Source of the DNA: Octopus bimaculoides
Taxonomy: Eukaryota
NCBI RefSeq assembly: GCF_001194135.2
Contig: NC_068982.1
Location: forward strand, 115,162,697-115,226,696
Length of the DNA stretch: 64,000 nucleotides
Reading direction: 5' to 3'
Shown here: piece by piece, positions 61,845 to 64,000 of the stretch
How the letters are laid out: each line of letters opens with the position of its first letter
Position numbering within the stretch: position 1 is the first letter of the stretch
Position numbers and translations under genes: made by a program
Notes under the pieces: generated by a model
What the model was told of the DNA's origin: nothing
What the model saw: the letters and a program-made list of their open reading frames with translations, nothing else
Databases searched by the model: none

Positions 61845-62240
61845 CATTGGTAGAATCGTTTGAGTGTTGGATAGAATGCCTTGCAGTATCAGTGTCCATT
61901 CTCTGTGCTCAAAGTTCAAAAGCCGCCAAGGTCAATTTTGACTTTCACCCCGTGATAATCGATAAAAAGGTACCAGCGCAGGGCAGTGAATTGGCGGAAT
62001 TGTTAGTATCGGACAAGATACTTCACGATATCTATTTTAGTTCAACTGTTGTCTGGACTTGTAACCGACAAATAATATCAGCAATTTGAAACACTACTGA
62101 AAGCAAGTTCCTTAGTTCGATCGCTAGACTTTCATCCTTTAGGGGTCGATAAATTAAGTACTAGTGAAACAGTGAGAGTTGATGTAATCGACTATTCCCC
62201 TCCCCCAAAATTTCAGGTCTTGTGCATTTAGTAGAAAGAA
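61845..62240 (+). mobile_element. Cluster of old Meta-like SINE fragments
   Basis: ctttcatcctttaggggtcgataaattaagtacc and two decayed heads. Confidence 0.55.
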
Positions 62241-63109
62241 TTATTATTATAAACATACATCACAAGTTGGACAATAGTGAGATTCAATACCCTCATTACA
62301 TATTATACATACGAATGCAAACATTACATATCTATATGTGTACACACACACACTTCCTCTTCGTCCTCCATAACTCTGCCTCATTCTTAATAAATGTTTT
62401 CGCCATACTATAACTTCCAATACCTCGCCTTAAAGCCATCACTTTCTAGCAAGCTATAACTTTCCCAAACATTTCACCTAAAGCCCTCACTCTCTCTCTC
62501 CTATTCTCTCTTTATGTCGAAGAGACTGTTCGTCCAGTGGCTTACAAGCCAATTTCATTAGTGCTAGTGGAACGTAAAAAGCATCCAGTGCACTCTGTAA
62601 AGTGGTTGGTTAATAGAGCAGAAACTGGGGGGGGGGGGGGCAGAGAACACTTCAGTTTTAACTGAAGGAGACAACTACTATACAGCTGGCGCCATGTAAA
62701 GATGACCCAGTTACACTGTAAAGTGACTGATTTTAGACAGGGCATCCAGCTATAGAAATCAAACCAAAACTGACACTCAAGCAGAACATGGTCCTCCAAC
62801 CCATACAATTTTGTGAAATTGTTCAACTCACATCATTATAGAAAATGAACGCACAATAATGACAAAGATGATGCATTCAGGTACACACACACACACACAC
62901 AAATACATACATACATACATACAAACAAACAAAGTCAATCACATATACAGCTGCAGCCATGGGTAGTATAGTTAAGAAGTTTGCTTCCAACTATATGGTT
63001 TCAGTTCAGTCTTACTTCCTGATAGCTTGGGCAAAAATCTTTCAAAGTAGTTTAACTCTGACTGAAGACCTTGTAAGTGGAGTTCAGACAGAAACTGCAA
63101 TAAACCTGT

Positions 63110-63200
63110 TATGTGTGTGTGAATGTATGTGTGTGTAGAGATAGATAGATAGATAAATATATTACATATATATAATATATATAAATAGATATAAAATATT

Positions 63201-63240
<40 letters not shown>

Positions 63241-63262
63241 TATATTTTATATATATATATAG
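63110..63262. repeat. Compound (TG)/(AGAT)/(TA)/(AG) microsatellite
   Basis: Direct reading. Confidence 0.9.
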
Positions 63263-63609
63263 CTAGTTATGTTTATTTATCATTCACTCTACCCTGAATT
63301 GTGGCACAATATGGACAGATTCTGGGATACCGATGAACTTTTATGTAAATGTATCAACTTAAAGGATAAACATATTACAATGAATATTACAATGGATAAT
63401 ACCAAGTGGACTCCCCCTTTTTCTCTCTCATGTTTCTCCCTCTTTTGCTTTTTTCTTGGTGACTTCTTCTTTGTGATATAATGCTTTATCCTGTCTATCA
63501 ATTATATACCCATATAATGATGCAACGACTGTTTGTGTATAAAGCTTGAAACATGTGTACCGCGGAATCCTTTGGGTTCTGTTTTAATTTTACATTTTTA
63601 ATTTATATA

Positions 63610-64000
63610 GGCGCAGGAGTGGCTACGTGGTAAGTAGCTTGCTTACCAACCACATAGTTCCGGGTTCAGTCCCACTGCGCGGCACCTTCGGCAAGTGTCT
63701 TCTACTATAGCCTCGTGCCGACCAAAGCATTGTGAGTGGATTTGGTAGACAGAAACTGAAAGAAGCCTGTCGTATATATGTATATATATATGTATGTGTG
63801 TATATGTTTGTGTGTCTGTGTTTGTCCCCCCAACATCGCTTGACAACCGATGGTGGTGTGTTTACGTCCCCGTAACTTAGCGGTTCGGCAAAAGACACCG
63901 ATAGAATAAGTACTAGGCTTACAAAGAATAAGTCCTGGGGTCGATTTGCTCGACTAAAGGCAGTGCTCCAGCATGGCCGCAGTCAAATGACTGAAACAAG
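63610..64000 (+). mobile_element. Young composite tRNA-headed CORE-like SINE with an internal (TA/TG) microsatellite and a 3' module; reaches the window end
   Basis: Head ggcgcaggagtggct...gggttcagtccc; CORE-like ggcaccttcggcaagtgtcttctactatagcctc; CpGs retained. Confidence 0.8.

Overview
This is an AT-rich, intron- and repeat-rich animal genomic window with three short N-gaps. The repeat families (tRNA-Arg-headed, CORE-like and Meta-like SINEs, RTE remnants, Chapaev) suggest an octopus or other coleoid cephalopod; that is an inference. Two convergent spliced genes were reconstructed by hand with GT-AG junctions and consistent phases. (1) The 3' end of ATM on + has 7 exons (630-11486) encoding 335 aa: kinase domain, PRD and FATC; its 5' part lies outside the window. 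(2) A SENP6/7-type SUMO protease on - has 18 contiguous in-frame exons (42027 down to 14395) encoding about 1067 aa, with an intact His-Asp-Cys triad. Its start codon may be split across a 16.9-kb intron, with candidate first exons in a CpG-richer zone at about 58.7-61.7 kb. Introns hold a terminally intact but internally deleted Chapaev3-like DNA transposon, hAT and Tigger MITEs, RTE/CR1 remnants and many SINEs. I found no convincing new multi-gene system. The best leads are the SENP 5' end, a C2-C2 putative zinc ribbon in the SENP N-terminus, ATM regulatory residue changes, possible ATM/SENP 3'UTR overlap, and a tail-swapped SINE. Human residue and exon numbers are recalled from memory and need checking.
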